From Patescibacteria group bacterium (GTDB taxonomy: Bacteria; Patescibacteriota; Minisyncoccia; Phycocordibacterales; UBA9973), in the NCBI GenBank assembly GCA_038063915.1, contig JBBTUE010000001.1, positions 23,619 to 87,618 on the forward strand: a stretch of DNA of 64,000 bases, written 5' to 3'. A program made the position numbers and the translations under genes. Positions within the stretch are counted from its first letter, which is position 1. Each line of letters opens with the position of its first letter. The notes under the pieces were generated by a model that was given only the letters and a program-made list of their open reading frames with translations, was not told the origin of the DNA and made no database searches. This document shows, one piece after another, positions 38,742 through 49,212 of this stretch.

Positions 38742-40094
38742 ATGAATACAAAAGAGCTTTGGAATAACTGTCTTTCTGAGATTGAACTTAATATTTCAAA
38801 AGCAAATTTTACTACGTGGTTTAAAAACACATCAATAGTAAAAGAGGATGAGGGGACGCTTTTTATTGGTGTGCCAAACGAATTTGTTAAAGATTGGTTA
38901 TATAATAAATTTCACAAACTAATATTAAAAACACTTATAACACATGAAGAAGGTGTTAGAAATATTGAGTATATAATAGCGAAACACGAGCAAGTATCTA
39001 AATCCAGTGAGCAAGATTTTATAAGACAAACTACCAACACAAATAAAGAGCTACCCCTCAATGATCTATATATAAACAAGGACGACAACTTAAATCCTAA
39101 ATACAACTTTAACTCTTTTGTAGTGGGGCCGTTCAACGAGCTAGCTTACGCTGTTGCCCAAGCCATTATTACTAACCCGGGGCAGAATTATAATCCATTT
39201 TTCATTTATGGTGGTACTGGACTTGGTAAGACTCATATTATCCAAGCAATTGGTAATATTATAAAAACAAAGCACCCATCAAAAAAGATATACTACGTTA
39301 GTCTAGAGAGATTTGCTATTGATTATATTAACTCAATACAAAACAAAAATCCAAATTCATTTAAAGAAAAGTATAGAAAATACGACGTGATTATTATGGA
39401 TGATATCCAATTTATCTCTGGTAAGGATAAAACTCAAGAGGAGTTATTCCACTTATTTAATACTTTATATGAGAGCAATAAACAAATAATCTTCTCTTCA
39501 GACAAACACCCTAATTTCATACAAGGGCTAGAGGATAGACTACAATCCAGATTCGCTTCTGGTATGACTGTTCAAATCATTGAGCCTGATTATGAGTCAC
39601 GGGTTGCAATTATAAAGGCCAAATTTGAATCAACAAACTGTGTCGTTACAGATGATGTTATTTCATACCTGGCTGAATCCCTAGAGGGTAATATTCGTGA
39701 GCTTGAGGGTAGTTTAAACACAGTTATATGCCAATCTCAATTAAAGAACAAATCTCTAACCTTAGCTGAGGTAAAAACCCTAATAAAAAACAACATTAAA
39801 CCCAAAAAAACAGTAGCAATAAAGGATATTGTGCGTATTATCGCCACACACTATGGCATTTCAGAGGAAATAATTTACGAGAAAACTCGTAGAAAAGAAA
39901 TAGTTAGAGCTCGACAAGTTGCAATGTACATCCTGCGCGAGGACTTTAACATCTCTTACCCATTAATAGGTCAAAAGTTAGGTGGCCGTGACCACACAAC
40001 TGTTATTCACTCTCACTTAAAAATAAGGAGTGACCTAAAAACAGACCCGTCGTTATTACAAGAGATAGAGAAGATAAGAATTATGTTTAAGTAG
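38742..40094 (+). CDS. dnaA: Chromosomal replication initiator DnaA
   Basis: NPFFIYGGTGLGKTH, DDIQF, RELEG, GGRDHTTVIHS; start ATG 38742. Confidence 0.98.
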   Translation: MNTKELWNNCLSEIELNISKANFTTWFKNTSIVKEDEGTLFIGVPNEFVKDWLYNKFHKLILKTLITHEEGVRNIEYIIAKHEQVSKSSEQDFIRQTTNTNKELPLNDLYINKDDNLNPKYNFNSFVVGPFNELAYAVAQAIITNPGQNYNPFFIYGGTGLGKTHIIQAIGNIIKTKHPSKKIYYVSLERFAIDYINSIQNKNPNSFKEKYRKYDVIIMDDIQFISGKDKTQEELFHLFNTLYESNKQIIFSSDKHPNFIQGLEDRLQSRFASGMTVQIIEPDYESRVAIIKAKFESTNCVVTDDVISYLAESLEGNIRELEGSLNTVICQSQLKNKSLTLAEVKTLIKNNIKPKKTVAIKDIVRIIATHYGISEEIIYEKTRRKEIVRARQVAMYILREDFNISYPLIGQKLGGRDHTTVIHSHLKIRSDLKTDPSLLQEIEKIRIMFK

Positions 40095-40300
40095 CCTGTG
40101 TATAAGATGTGTTTATAAAAAAATAGAGAGTGGACAACTTCACAAAATCCTACTTAAATCTAAATAGTCCCCAATAAATCATTTTTATAAAAACATAACC
40201 GCTGTAAAAAACATATATAAAACATATATAAAAAAGTAATCCACATAATCACACCCATAATAGTAATAATAAATATTAATAGATAAATATAAACAATACA
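40095..40300. other. Probable oriC (dnaA-dnaN intergenic)
   Basis: DnaA-box-like TGTGTATAA 40097-105, AGTGGACAA, TAATCCACA 40237-45, followed by AT-rich TAA/TAG trinucleotide run (DnaA-trio/DUE-like). Confidence 0.7.
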
Positions 40301-41398
40301 ATGAAAATAGAATGCTCAATAGATAAAATAAAAAACGCCCTGATCACAGTTGAAAGATTAACAGGAAAAAATCTTACATTACCAGTTCTTAGTTCAATTC
40401 TGTGGGTTGCGAATAATAAAATTCTTAAACTACGTGCCACAAACTTAAACATCGGTATAGAGATTAGTGTACCTTCTAAAATAGACAAAGAAGGTGTTAT
40501 TGCTATAAAAGGGGATGTATTATCGTCTCTTTTCTCTCAACTATCTGGAGAAGGCACAGTATATTTTGAGACTATAAATAATAATTTATCTGTTAAAACG
40601 AAACAAAATACTATTTTAATAAAAAGTGTTCCTTATGAGGATTTTCCAACAATACCAGTGATAACTGGCGATAGTATAACAATACCAACTCAAAAATTAA
40701 TAGAGGGAATAAAATCAGTCTACTACAGTTCTTCGACTTCTGAGATAAAACCAGAAATAGGGAGTGTTTATATATATCCAGAGAATGATTTATTAATTTT
40801 TGTTGCCACAGATTCTTTTCGTTTAGCCGAAAAGAAAATAAAAATAAAACAAAAACTATCCTTTCCAGGCATATTAATACCCTTCAAAAATACTACAGAA
40901 ATAATCAGAGTTTTTGAAAATACTACCGAAGATGTAAAAATTACACTCCAAAAAAACCAAATATCTTTTACAACATCTAGCATATACTTAACATCTAGAG
41001 TGGTAGATGGGTCGTTCCCCGACTACAAACAGATAATACCAAAAGAGTCTAGTACTGAAGCCGTTATTCTAAAACAAGACTTAATATCCTCTCTAAAGAT
41101 TTCAAATGTGTTTTCTGATAAATTTAACCAAATAACGGTCATAATAAAACCACAAGAAAAATCTTTCGAGATTGAGGCTAGAAACGTAGATGTAGGTGAA
41201 AACACAACCTCTGTCGGGGGGGCTCTTTCAGGGGAAGATGTCTCAGTTAATTTTAATTATAAGTATATATTAGACTGTTTTCAGTCAGTAACATCTGATA
41301 GTTTAAATTTAAAATTAAATGGGAATAACAAGCCGATGATCATAGAGCCAGTAGGTGACACATCTTTTAGGTATTTAATAATGCCAATGAATAAATGA
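40301..41398 (+). CDS. dnaN: DNA polymerase III beta clamp
   Basis: ATNLNIG, VATDSFRL, FPDYKQIIP, YLIMPM. Confidence 0.97.
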   Translation: MKIECSIDKIKNALITVERLTGKNLTLPVLSSILWVANNKILKLRATNLNIGIEISVPSKIDKEGVIAIKGDVLSSLFSQLSGEGTVYFETINNNLSVKTKQNTILIKSVPYEDFPTIPVITGDSITIPTQKLIEGIKSVYYSSSTSEIKPEIGSVYIYPENDLLIFVATDSFRLAEKKIKIKQKLSFPGILIPFKNTTEIIRVFENTTEDVKITLQKNQISFTTSSIYLTSRVVDGSFPDYKQIIPKESSTEAVILKQDLISSLKISNVFSDKFNQITVIIKPQEKSFEIEARNVDVGENTTSVGGALSGEDVSVNFNYKYILDCFQSVTSDSLNLKLNGNNKPMIIEPVGDTSFRYLIMPMNK

Positions 41399-41399
41399 T

Positions 41400-41663
41400 A
41401 TGGATTACAACCACATCGATAGTTTTCTAGAGAGATTTAAAAAGATTTTATTTAAAGAGGAGGCGACACTTGAAGTTATCACAGGGGTCATAACTAAACA
41501 CATTGAATCACCTATAAAACCCCAATCAATTAAGATTAAAGGCCCTATTGTATATATAAATGAGTCACCAATTCTTCGTAACGAAGTATTAATTCACAAA
41601 GAAGGTATATTAAACGATCTCAAGGAATTCCTACCTCGTCATAGATTTAGTGATATACGATAG
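41400..41663 (+). CDS. Hypothetical protein, possibly DciA/DUF721-like
   Basis: Follows dnaN; IKIKGPIVYINESPILRNEVLIHKEGIL...DIR pattern. Confidence 0.5.
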   Translation: MDYNHIDSFLERFKKILFKEEATLEVITGVITKHIESPIKPQSIKIKGPIVYINESPILRNEVLIHKEGILNDLKEFLPRHRFSDIR

Positions 41664-41670
41664 TTGGTAT

Positions 41671-44205
41671 TTAATTAACTTCAAAAATTGCCTCTACTTG
41701 GGAACTATTTCCATCGAAATCATATCCTATAATACGGATAGTATTAATTTTTTTTAAACCATTAACTTCGTTTGGAATAACTGATGTTGTAAAGGGACTT
41801 GATTTTAGAGATGTGATGTAATTATTATTTATAAATATATCAGCCTTCTTTATTAGGGCGCCGTTTTTTGGGTTGATTAATATTAATACCGGCTGATCTT
41901 TCCTATAAGGGTTTTCACTTATACCAGATATTTCTAAATCTAGTTTAGTAATTGTAGTGTGTACATTATCATAATAAGTAGGTTTATCGCTCGCGGTTAC
42001 TATCTTGTAATTAGATTTATTATTTTGCCACCATCTCTCTACTCCATACTCCCAGTTTATGTATTGCAAATCTTTCCCTGAGCTATCTGATTTTGGTTGA
42101 AGTGGGTTATCTTTATCTATCCAATATAGTATAGAGTGTATGTTTGTGATTGACTGCTCCTTTTTGGTGCTTGTTGGTGTGTAATCTGTGGCAAGCCCAC
42201 CTGATACAGTATCTATTATAAACGTGTCCCCACCTTGCCAGAACCCTCTTATAATAGGCGATAAAGAAGGACTTATTGGGTCTGGTACACCAAAAGATTC
42301 AATAGGAAGGTTCTTTAGTGCTTCTCTCATAACTTCATTCCAGATTGGTCCAGCAAGAGCAACACCTCCTTTTTTCATTGGAGTATTATCGTTATTACCA
42401 ACCCATACACCCACAGTAGCTGATGGAGTGTACCCTATAGTCCAGGCGTCTCTATTGTTATTTGTAGTACCCGTTTTAACTGCAGTCTCTCTACCTGGGA
42501 TAACTAAACTAGAATTTTCTCCAAAAGTTGGAGAGCGGGCCGAATTATCGGAAAGTATATCTGATAATATTCGAGTAATGTTTGAATCCAAAACCTGATA
42601 AGATTTATCCTCATATTTTTCAAGCACGTTCCCACTCCCGTCTTCTATAGATAATATAGCTTGGTATGGATGTCTTACCCCGTCACTTGCAAATACACTA
42701 TAAACTGAAGTCATATCAAGGAGTGTTGTCTCTCCACCTCCAATAACAAGAGATAGCCCGTAACGAGTGGGATCATTTAATGTTGTAATACCTAAGTCGT
42801 GAGCCATTTTAAGTGCCTCTGGTACACCAACTAAGTAAAGGAGTTTAACGGCTACCACGTTTATAGATTGAGCAAGTGCGTTTTTGAGTGTCATAGGGCC
42901 ACGAAAGCTATTATCATAATTGTCTGGCATATAACATGTTGCATTTTTGTGTCCAGGAAGTGGTTTACCTGTCGGGCTACAAGATGAATTGAATTCGGTT
43001 TTCGCATCAAAAAGGGTAGTGTTTTCTGTGTATCCTTTTTTAAATGCTTCGGCATATACTATTGGCTTGAAAGAAGATCCTGGCTGGCGAGATGCCGTCG
43101 CAACATTAAAATTCCCATCGATAGTCTTATCAAAATAATCTCTTGATCCAACCATCGATAATATTTGGCCGTTCCTAGGGTCAATTACTACAACTGCAGC
43201 ATTTTTACCGTTCCACTTACTCTCATTTTCTTTTGAATGGGCCAGAGCAATAGCTTCTGCTTTCAACTCCAAATCAAAATCCAAAGTAGTTATGACCTTC
43301 AAACCGCCAGAATCTAGTGCATCTTGTCCGTATTTATTTTCTAAATAATCCTTTATAAAAAACACAAAGTGAGGTGCAGCTATATGCATTGGTTGTGACG
43401 GTAGGAATTGCACATTTTCTTTTAACGCTTCATTGTAATTTTTGTCAGTTATAAATCCAAGGTCAAGCATCCTTTTCAAAACTAAATTTTTCCTACTATC
43501 TAAAGATTGCTTGTTCTTACCATACGGCGAATACCTTGTCGGTGCGTTAGGAATGGCTGCTAAATATGCTGACTCGGCAAGAGTAACCTCTTTTGGTTCT
43601 TTACCAAAAAAAGCTTTAGAGGCCTCCTCAACCCCGTAGATATTCCCTCCATAAGGAGCTTCATTTAGATAAAGAGCTAGTATATCTTCCTTACTCATGA
43701 TTTTTTCGAGCTTCATTGCTAGGATCCACTCCTTTATTTTTCTGGTCAAAGTCCTATCCGGGTTTAATAAAGTATTTTTTATAAGCTGTTGGGTTATTGT
43801 TGAACCGCCCTGGACTTTCTTTCCAGTTAACTTTGCCCAAATCGTACCCCTTATTATAGAACTAATACGAATACCATTATGTTGGTAAAATTCAGAATCT
43901 TCTATGGCTACTGTGGCGTTCTTTAAATCTACGCCCATGCTTTCGTAGGGTATGATTGTGCGTTTTATATCTTGGTGGACGTCGTAAAGAAGTATTTTGC
44001 CAGTGCGATCGTATATTTTTGTCGAGCTTTGAACTTTTCGGTCGTTAAAAGATTTAAAATCTGGTAGCTTGAGTGTGCTGACCCAGATCAAAACAATACC
44101 AGCTAGTATTACACCTATACCTAAGATAAATAAAAATATGCTTTTTATTGAGTATTTTTTTAAATGTTTTCTGTATTTGTTTGAGTATTTTCTTATATTA
44201 TCCAT
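41671..44205 (-). CDS. Class A penicillin-binding protein (PBP1A-like)
   Basis: EDSEFYQHNG, GGSTITQQLIKN, RKIKE; SSFK, SIN, KTGT. Confidence 0.95.
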   Translation of the reverse strand: MDNIRKYSNKYRKHLKKYSIKSIFLFILGIGVILAGIVLIWVSTLKLPDFKSFNDRKVQSSTKIYDRTGKILLYDVHQDIKRTIIPYESMGVDLKNATVAIEDSEFYQHNGIRISSIIRGTIWAKLTGKKVQGGSTITQQLIKNTLLNPDRTLTRKIKEWILAMKLEKIMSKEDILALYLNEAPYGGNIYGVEEASKAFFGKEPKEVTLAESAYLAAIPNAPTRYSPYGKNKQSLDSRKNLVLKRMLDLGFITDKNYNEALKENVQFLPSQPMHIAAPHFVFFIKDYLENKYGQDALDSGGLKVITTLDFDLELKAEAIALAHSKENESKWNGKNAAVVVIDPRNGQILSMVGSRDYFDKTIDGNFNVATASRQPGSSFKPIVYAEAFKKGYTENTTLFDAKTEFNSSCSPTGKPLPGHKNATCYMPDNYDNSFRGPMTLKNALAQSINVVAVKLLYLVGVPEALKMAHDLGITTLNDPTRYGLSLVIGGGETTLLDMTSVYSVFASDGVRHPYQAILSIEDGSGNVLEKYEDKSYQVLDSNITRILSDILSDNSARSPTFGENSSLVIPGRETAVKTGTTNNNRDAWTIGYTPSATVGVWVGNNDNTPMKKGGVALAGPIWNEVMREALKNLPIESFGVPDPISPSLSPIIRGFWQGGDTFIIDTVSGGLATDYTPTSTKKEQSITNIHSILYWIDKDNPLQPKSDSSGKDLQYINWEYGVERWWQNNKSNYKIVTASDKPTYYDNVHTTITKLDLEISGISENPYRKDQPVLILINPKNGALIKKADIFINNNYITSLKSSPFTTSVIPNEVNGLKKINTIRIIGYDFDGNSSQVEAIFEVN

Positions 44206-44273
44206 ACACCACTATCATATCATAGTTATAAAAGGATACGGACAAGGAGCCATTTATGTGATAAAATATATAA

Positions 44274-45455
44274 ATGGCAGATAATCTACAAGAAGAACTA
44301 CTCACGAGGGGTATCTCATCAATATATCCATCAAAGGAGTTTTTAGCCTCAAAACTAAATTCTGGAGAGAAACTTACAATATATTTAGGAATTGACCCAA
44401 CGGGCCCCACACTACATTTAGGGCATGCTATTCCCCTCCTTAAACTTGCCCAGTTCCAGAAACAGGGACACAAAATCATACTTTTAATGGGAGATTTCAC
44501 GGCTACAATTGGGGATCCAACTGATAAATCTGCTACTCGCAAGCAACTAACTCGTAAAGAGGTACTCTCAAATCTAAAAACTTACAAAAAACAAGCATCT
44601 CACCTAATATCGTTTACCGGTAAAAATCCTGCCGAGTTTAAATTCAATTCTAAATGGCTAGGGAAACTAAGTTTTACTGAGGGGCTTTCCATTGCATCTA
44701 ATATGACGGTAAGCCAAATGCTTGAGCGTGATATGTTTCAAAAAAGAATGGAAGAAGGGAAGCCAATCTTCATTCACGAATTTTTATATCCACTAATGCA
44801 AGGTTACGATTCTGTTGCTATGAACGTAGATGGGGAAATAGGAGGAAATGACCAGACTTTCAATATGCTCTGTGGGCGTGACTTAATGAAGACGCTCAAG
44901 AATAAAGAAAAGTTTGTAGTAGCGGTTAAACTCCTAGAAGATAGTAATGGTAAGAAAATGGGAAAGACAGAAGGCAATATAGTTGCTCTCTCGGACAGTT
45001 CAGAAGAAATGTATGGGAAAATTATGAGTTGGAGTGATGGGCTCATCATCCCTGCGTTCGAGCTCTGTACTTATGTACCAATGTTAGAGCTTGAAAATAT
45101 TGCAAAAGAGATGGCTGAAGGAAGGAACCCAAAAGATTTAAAAATGAAACTTGCTAAAAAAATCGTTTCTATTTTTCACGGCGAGAAAAAAGCATTGTTG
45201 GCCGAAGAGGGTTTTAATAAAACATTCCAAAAAGGTGGAATCCCTGATGTGATTAAGGAAGTTGAAAATCAAGGCAAATTAATAAAGACGATATTTATAA
45301 GTGGTGCTGCAGCGTCGATCTCTGAAGCTAGCCGGTTAGCTGATGCAGGAGCTGTCACTGATATGACAGAAGATAAAAAAGCTACCTCAAAAGATGACTC
45401 AAAACCTGGGCATGTGTATAAGATCGGTAAACATAAATTTATAAAAGTTAAGTAA
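44274..45455 (+). CDS. tyrS: Tyrosyl-tRNA synthetase
   Basis: GIDPTGPTLHLGH, YPLMQGYD, GGNDQ, KMGKT. Confidence 0.97.
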   Translation: MADNLQEELLTRGISSIYPSKEFLASKLNSGEKLTIYLGIDPTGPTLHLGHAIPLLKLAQFQKQGHKIILLMGDFTATIGDPTDKSATRKQLTRKEVLSNLKTYKKQASHLISFTGKNPAEFKFNSKWLGKLSFTEGLSIASNMTVSQMLERDMFQKRMEEGKPIFIHEFLYPLMQGYDSVAMNVDGEIGGNDQTFNMLCGRDLMKTLKNKEKFVVAVKLLEDSNGKKMGKTEGNIVALSDSSEEMYGKIMSWSDGLIIPAFELCTYVPMLELENIAKEMAEGRNPKDLKMKLAKKIVSIFHGEKKALLAEEGFNKTFQKGGIPDVIKEVENQGKLIKTIFISGAAASISEASRLADAGAVTDMTEDKKATSKDDSKPGHVYKIGKHKFIKVK

Positions 45456-45485
45456 AATAAAAACTCCCGCACGGGAGTTTTTATT
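45456..45485. terminator. Bidirectional terminator
   Basis: AATAAAAACTCCCG-CA-CGGGAGTTTTTATT. Confidence 0.85.
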
Positions 45486-45649
45486 TAATAAGATGAACCA
45501 TCCAAGTCAGCCAATCCTTCATCTAGGGGTTCGTCGTCATGGGCTTCTGCACCGTCGAGTGGTGCGTCGAGTGGATGGTCCACATCTAGACCGTCGTCTT
45601 CCTCTTCAAAGTCACCCATTTTGAACTCTTCATCGTCGTTGTAACTCAT
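45485..45649 (-). CDS. 54-aa highly acidic small protein
   Basis: Below ORF cutoff; MSYNDDEEFKMGDFEEEDDGLDVDHPLDAPLDGAEAHDDEPLDEGLADLDGSSY; ends at terminator. Confidence 0.7.
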   Translation of the reverse strand: MSYNDDEEFKMGDFEEEDDGLDVDHPLDAPLDGAEAHDDEPLDEGLADLDGSSY

Positions 45650-45729
45650 AGTTATTTTAACAAGATATTGTAATGCATTATTTGTAACAAAATATTATTT
45701 CATTAACAATACCCAACCTGTGGAAAACT

Positions 45730-46212
45730 TTATACCTTAAATTTCTCACATGCCAGACATGTAAGCCCTATAGCTATAGCATCTAATTCGTCGTCAGAAT
45801 TTGTCTTTTTATCTATTTTTATAAGCTTAGAAACCATTTTTATAACCATATCCTTTGATGCTTTGCCATAGCCAGTGACAGCAACTTTTACTTGTGGAGG
45901 AGTGTATTCGAATATTTTTAAGTTATTGGTTGTAGCTATGTATATAATAGCACCACGTACTTCAGCTACATTCATAACGGTCTTCTGGTTAGTAGTCAGG
46001 TACAACTTTTCTATTGCCAAAACTTCTGGCTTATACTTCTTTATTAAATTTTCAAGTTCGAGACCTATACCACTTAGACGCGCATAAAAAGATGATGAGG
46101 ATTTTGTTTTAAAACAATCAGAATACACTAGAGTATCTTTTCGGTTGATTGCTCTTTCTATTATGGCGATACCAAGCCTCTCATATCCTGGATCAATAGC
46201 TAGTACTCTCAT
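45730..46212 (-). CDS. ruvC: Holliday junction resolvase
   Basis: LAIDPGYERLG, AIEKL, VTGYGKASK, DELDAIAIG. Confidence 0.95.
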   Translation of the reverse strand: MRVLAIDPGYERLGIAIIERAINRKDTLVYSDCFKTKSSSSFYARLSGIGLELENLIKKYKPEVLAIEKLYLTTNQKTVMNVAEVRGAIIYIATTNNLKIFEYTPPQVKVAVTGYGKASKDMVIKMVSKLIKIDKKTNSDDELDAIAIGLTCLACEKFKV

Positions 46213-46214
46213 AA

Positions 46215-47207
46215 TTATTTATCTTTATAATCAAATCCAAGATGTTCGTACCCCATTTTGGTTACAGCTCTTCCGCGGTTAGTACGTTCAAGTAAACCAA
46301 GTTGTATGAGGTATGGTTCCATCACTTCTTCTATTGTAGCTTCTTCTTCAGATGTCGCAGCAGCAATTGTCTTTAGCCCCACTGGGCCACCACCAAATTT
46401 TTCAATAATGATTTTAAGTATTTGCCTATCAGAAGAGGAAAGACCGAGTTCGTCTATTTCAAGAAGCGCTAATGCTTTTTTTACAGCTTCTTTTGATAGC
46501 GGGACTTTATGAACTTGTGCGTAGTCTCTACATCTTTTCAAGAAGTAATTTGCTGTACGAGGAGTGAAGCGCGCTCTCATTGCTATCTCGTCCATGGCGT
46601 CATCTGATAACTCTACTCCAAGTATTTGAGAAGATCTTTTTAAGATTTTTTTAATTTGGTCGTGATTGTAAAATTCGAGTCGGAATACTCCCCCAGAGAA
46701 CCTAGAACGAAGAGGGGAGGATAGTAGTGCAATGCGTGTAGTTGCTGCGATTAATGTAAATGGTGGGAGCTCAAGTTGGATAGTTCGAGCTGACGGACCC
46801 TTGCCGATGATGATATCGAGCACTCCGGACTCCATGGCTGGGTATAAAACTTCCTCAACCATTTTATTTAGTCGATGAATTTCATCTATAAAAATTATAT
46901 CCCCCGGAGCAAGATTAGTCAGAATAGAAGCAAGGTCCCCAACCTTCTCTATAGCAGGGCCAGAAGTGATTTTTATCTGCCTACCTGTCTCTTTAGCGAT
47001 TAGATGAGCGAGGGTGGTCTTGCCTAGACCTGGGGGGCCGTAGAAGAGTATATGTTCTGCCGGGTGGGATCTCTCTTCGGCTGCTGTTAATAGGATTTTA
47101 AGGTTAGCTTTGATGTTTTCCTGCCCAATATACTCACTCCAGAGGTTAGGTCTAAGAGTTTGGTCTAAAAATCCTTCGTCTTTTGTTGTCTGTTTAGTGC
47201 TTGACAT
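46215..47207 (-). CDS. ruvB: Holliday junction helicase
   Basis: LRP, YIGQ, GPPGLGKTTLA, FIDEIHRL, EPYLIQ, RTNRGR. Confidence 0.97.
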   Translation of the reverse strand: MSSTKQTTKDEGFLDQTLRPNLWSEYIGQENIKANLKILLTAAEERSHPAEHILFYGPPGLGKTTLAHLIAKETGRQIKITSGPAIEKVGDLASILTNLAPGDIIFIDEIHRLNKMVEEVLYPAMESGVLDIIIGKGPSARTIQLELPPFTLIAATTRIALLSSPLRSRFSGGVFRLEFYNHDQIKKILKRSSQILGVELSDDAMDEIAMRARFTPRTANYFLKRCRDYAQVHKVPLSKEAVKKALALLEIDELGLSSSDRQILKIIIEKFGGGPVGLKTIAAATSEEEATIEEVMEPYLIQLGLLERTNRGRAVTKMGYEHLGFDYKDK

Positions 47208-47282
47208 TAATTTGTAATCATGCTATACTTTCTCCAGAAATTTAATACAAGTTAATTATATCATCTTAGTGTGATTTTAATG

Positions 47283-47438
47283 AAAAAGGCATAAATCTCT
47301 AAGCAATCGGCCCCGTGCTCTATGTATGCGCGTAGGACGCCCTGGTTTCTATTTATATTTACTGGGTCTATCCTGCAACCTTACGTTACTTTATTTACGC
47401 ATGTTTATAAAGGATTGTTTAGAGATTTATGTTTTTTT
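47283..47438 (+). ncRNA. Candidate ~156-nt rod-shaped ncRNA (6S-like architecture)
   Basis: 26-bp closing stem whose three mismatches are all G-U on the + strand; inner stem; 3' U tract. Confidence 0.55.
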
Positions 47439-47442
47439 ATTT

Positions 47443-49143
47443 CTACTCAGCGTAGAAATCTACAACACTTGCGACTTCGTCGTAAGAAGTAATACCTTTT
47501 AAAATTTTAACTACTCCATCTTCCGCCATATCAAGAGTTCCTTGATGGCTTGCGACTTCTTTTATCTCTCTTTCGCTAGGATTTTTTGGTATTATTGCTT
47601 CTATCTCCTTATTATTATGAATAGCTTCAAATACTCCCATACGCCCTTTGTATCCAGTATTGTTGCACTCTAGACATCCGACTGGCTCATATATTTTAAA
47701 TGGAGAATTCATATCTACCCCATAACCACTAAAGTCTTTGTCGTGGGCTTTTGCGTTATCACTTACTTTTTTTATAATTCTCATCTCTTCTTCTCCTATG
47801 ACTTTCTCTTTTTTACAACTTACACATAGTTTTCTTACTAAACGCTGAGCAATAGATAATGAGAGGGCTGATACTAATATTTTAGGATTTACATCTAGAT
47901 CTATCAGACGTGGGATCACTCCCGCAGCATTATTGGTATGTAAAGTAGAGAAGACCAAGTGTCCAGTCAAAGCTGATTCAACGGCAATTTTTGCTGTTTC
48001 GCCATCTCGTATTTCTCCAACCATTATCACATCTGGGTCTTGACGAAGTGCAGAACGTAGGCCGTCGAGGAATGTGTAACCTTTTTCGCTATCAGTCTGA
48101 GTCTGAGTTATACCTGGCAAGTGATATTCAATAGGGTCTTCGATAGTTATTATCTTTATTTCTGTTGAATAAATTTTCTGGAGAAATGAATAGAGGGTAG
48201 TCGTCTTACCTGACCCAGTTGGACCAGTCAGAAGTATCATCCCGTTCGGTTTTTTAATCTCACGCATAAATACTTCAAATAATTTTGGCTCTATTCCCAT
48301 GTCTTCGAGTTTAACTCGGATAGATTTAGGGTTGAGAATACGCATAACTATTGATTCACCATAAGCACCTGGAATCAGAGAAACACGCAGACTGATTTCA
48401 TCTTGATCGAGATATATACTAAAGCGACCGTCTTGAGCTATAGATGAGTTAGTTATTTTCAGTCCAGCCAAAAGTTTAATACGAGAATTTATAAATTTGT
48501 GTATTGCAGGGTCGATCTCCATAACTGTATGAAGTACTCCATCAAGACGAAAACGCAATCTTACAGTTTTTTCTTCAGGTTCAAAGTGTAAATCGGATGC
48601 GTTGATGGCTATCGCACCAGCTAGTGCAATTTCTAGTATGTGAGATGTGGTATGAGCTTTATCTTTTTCTGTTTCCGTTATAGCTTTCTTAATATCTTCT
48701 ATATTATTGATACCCACCATTATTTTCTTAAGAGATTCTTCAGATATTGCTATACTTCCAGCTTTTGATTCTGATGCATAAGATATTTCTTTATATCTTT
48801 CCCAAGCCTTATTCAAACTAGCAAGCGACGCCATATAAAAATGAGGAATAAACCCGTGTTTAGTAAAATAATCAGTTAAGTTGGCGAGCTTATCTTCTTG
48901 TGGGGATCTGACTGCCACGTGAATATCTTTACCAAGGACCTTAAAAGGCGCGATTTCTTCTTCAATTGCCTCCTTTTCAGATATTGATCGAAGAGCGTCG
49001 TTATCAATAGGCAGTCCCGCCAAGTTTATAGGGGGGACCCCATATTTAGATTCAGCCAGTGCCTGCACTAGATCCTCCTCCTCCTGCTTCCTCAAGTCTC
49101 CTAGCTCCTTCTCCTCCTTTTCCTCATCAAATTGAATCGTCAT
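47443..49143 (-). CDS. pilB: Type IV pilus assembly ATPase PilB/GspE family
   Basis: ASDLHFEP, GPTGSGKTTT, TIEDPIEY, LRQDPDVIMVGEIRD, TGHLVFSTLH, CxxC pairs; start ATG 49143. Confidence 0.9.
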   Translation of the reverse strand: MTIQFDEEKEEKELGDLRKQEEEDLVQALAESKYGVPPINLAGLPIDNDALRSISEKEAIEEEIAPFKVLGKDIHVAVRSPQEDKLANLTDYFTKHGFIPHFYMASLASLNKAWERYKEISYASESKAGSIAISEESLKKIMVGINNIEDIKKAITETEKDKAHTTSHILEIALAGAIAINASDLHFEPEEKTVRLRFRLDGVLHTVMEIDPAIHKFINSRIKLLAGLKITNSSIAQDGRFSIYLDQDEISLRVSLIPGAYGESIVMRILNPKSIRVKLEDMGIEPKLFEVFMREIKKPNGMILLTGPTGSGKTTTLYSFLQKIYSTEIKIITIEDPIEYHLPGITQTQTDSEKGYTFLDGLRSALRQDPDVIMVGEIRDGETAKIAVESALTGHLVFSTLHTNNAAGVIPRLIDLDVNPKILVSALSLSIAQRLVRKLCVSCKKEKVIGEEEMRIIKKVSDNAKAHDKDFSGYGVDMNSPFKIYEPVGCLECNNTGYKGRMGVFEAIHNNKEIEAIIPKNPSEREIKEVASHQGTLDMAEDGVVKILKGITSYDEVASVVDFYAE

Positions 49144-49183
49144 TATAGCCTTATTATATCGTACAAAATCACTAAATAGATAC

Positions 49184-49212
49184 TTGACAATTGCTCGTAT
49201 ATATGCTATCAT
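49184..49212 (+). promoter_or_regulatory. Sigma70 promoter TTGACA-N17-TATCAT with extended TG
   Basis: Direct match upstream of 49321 gene. Confidence 0.7.
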
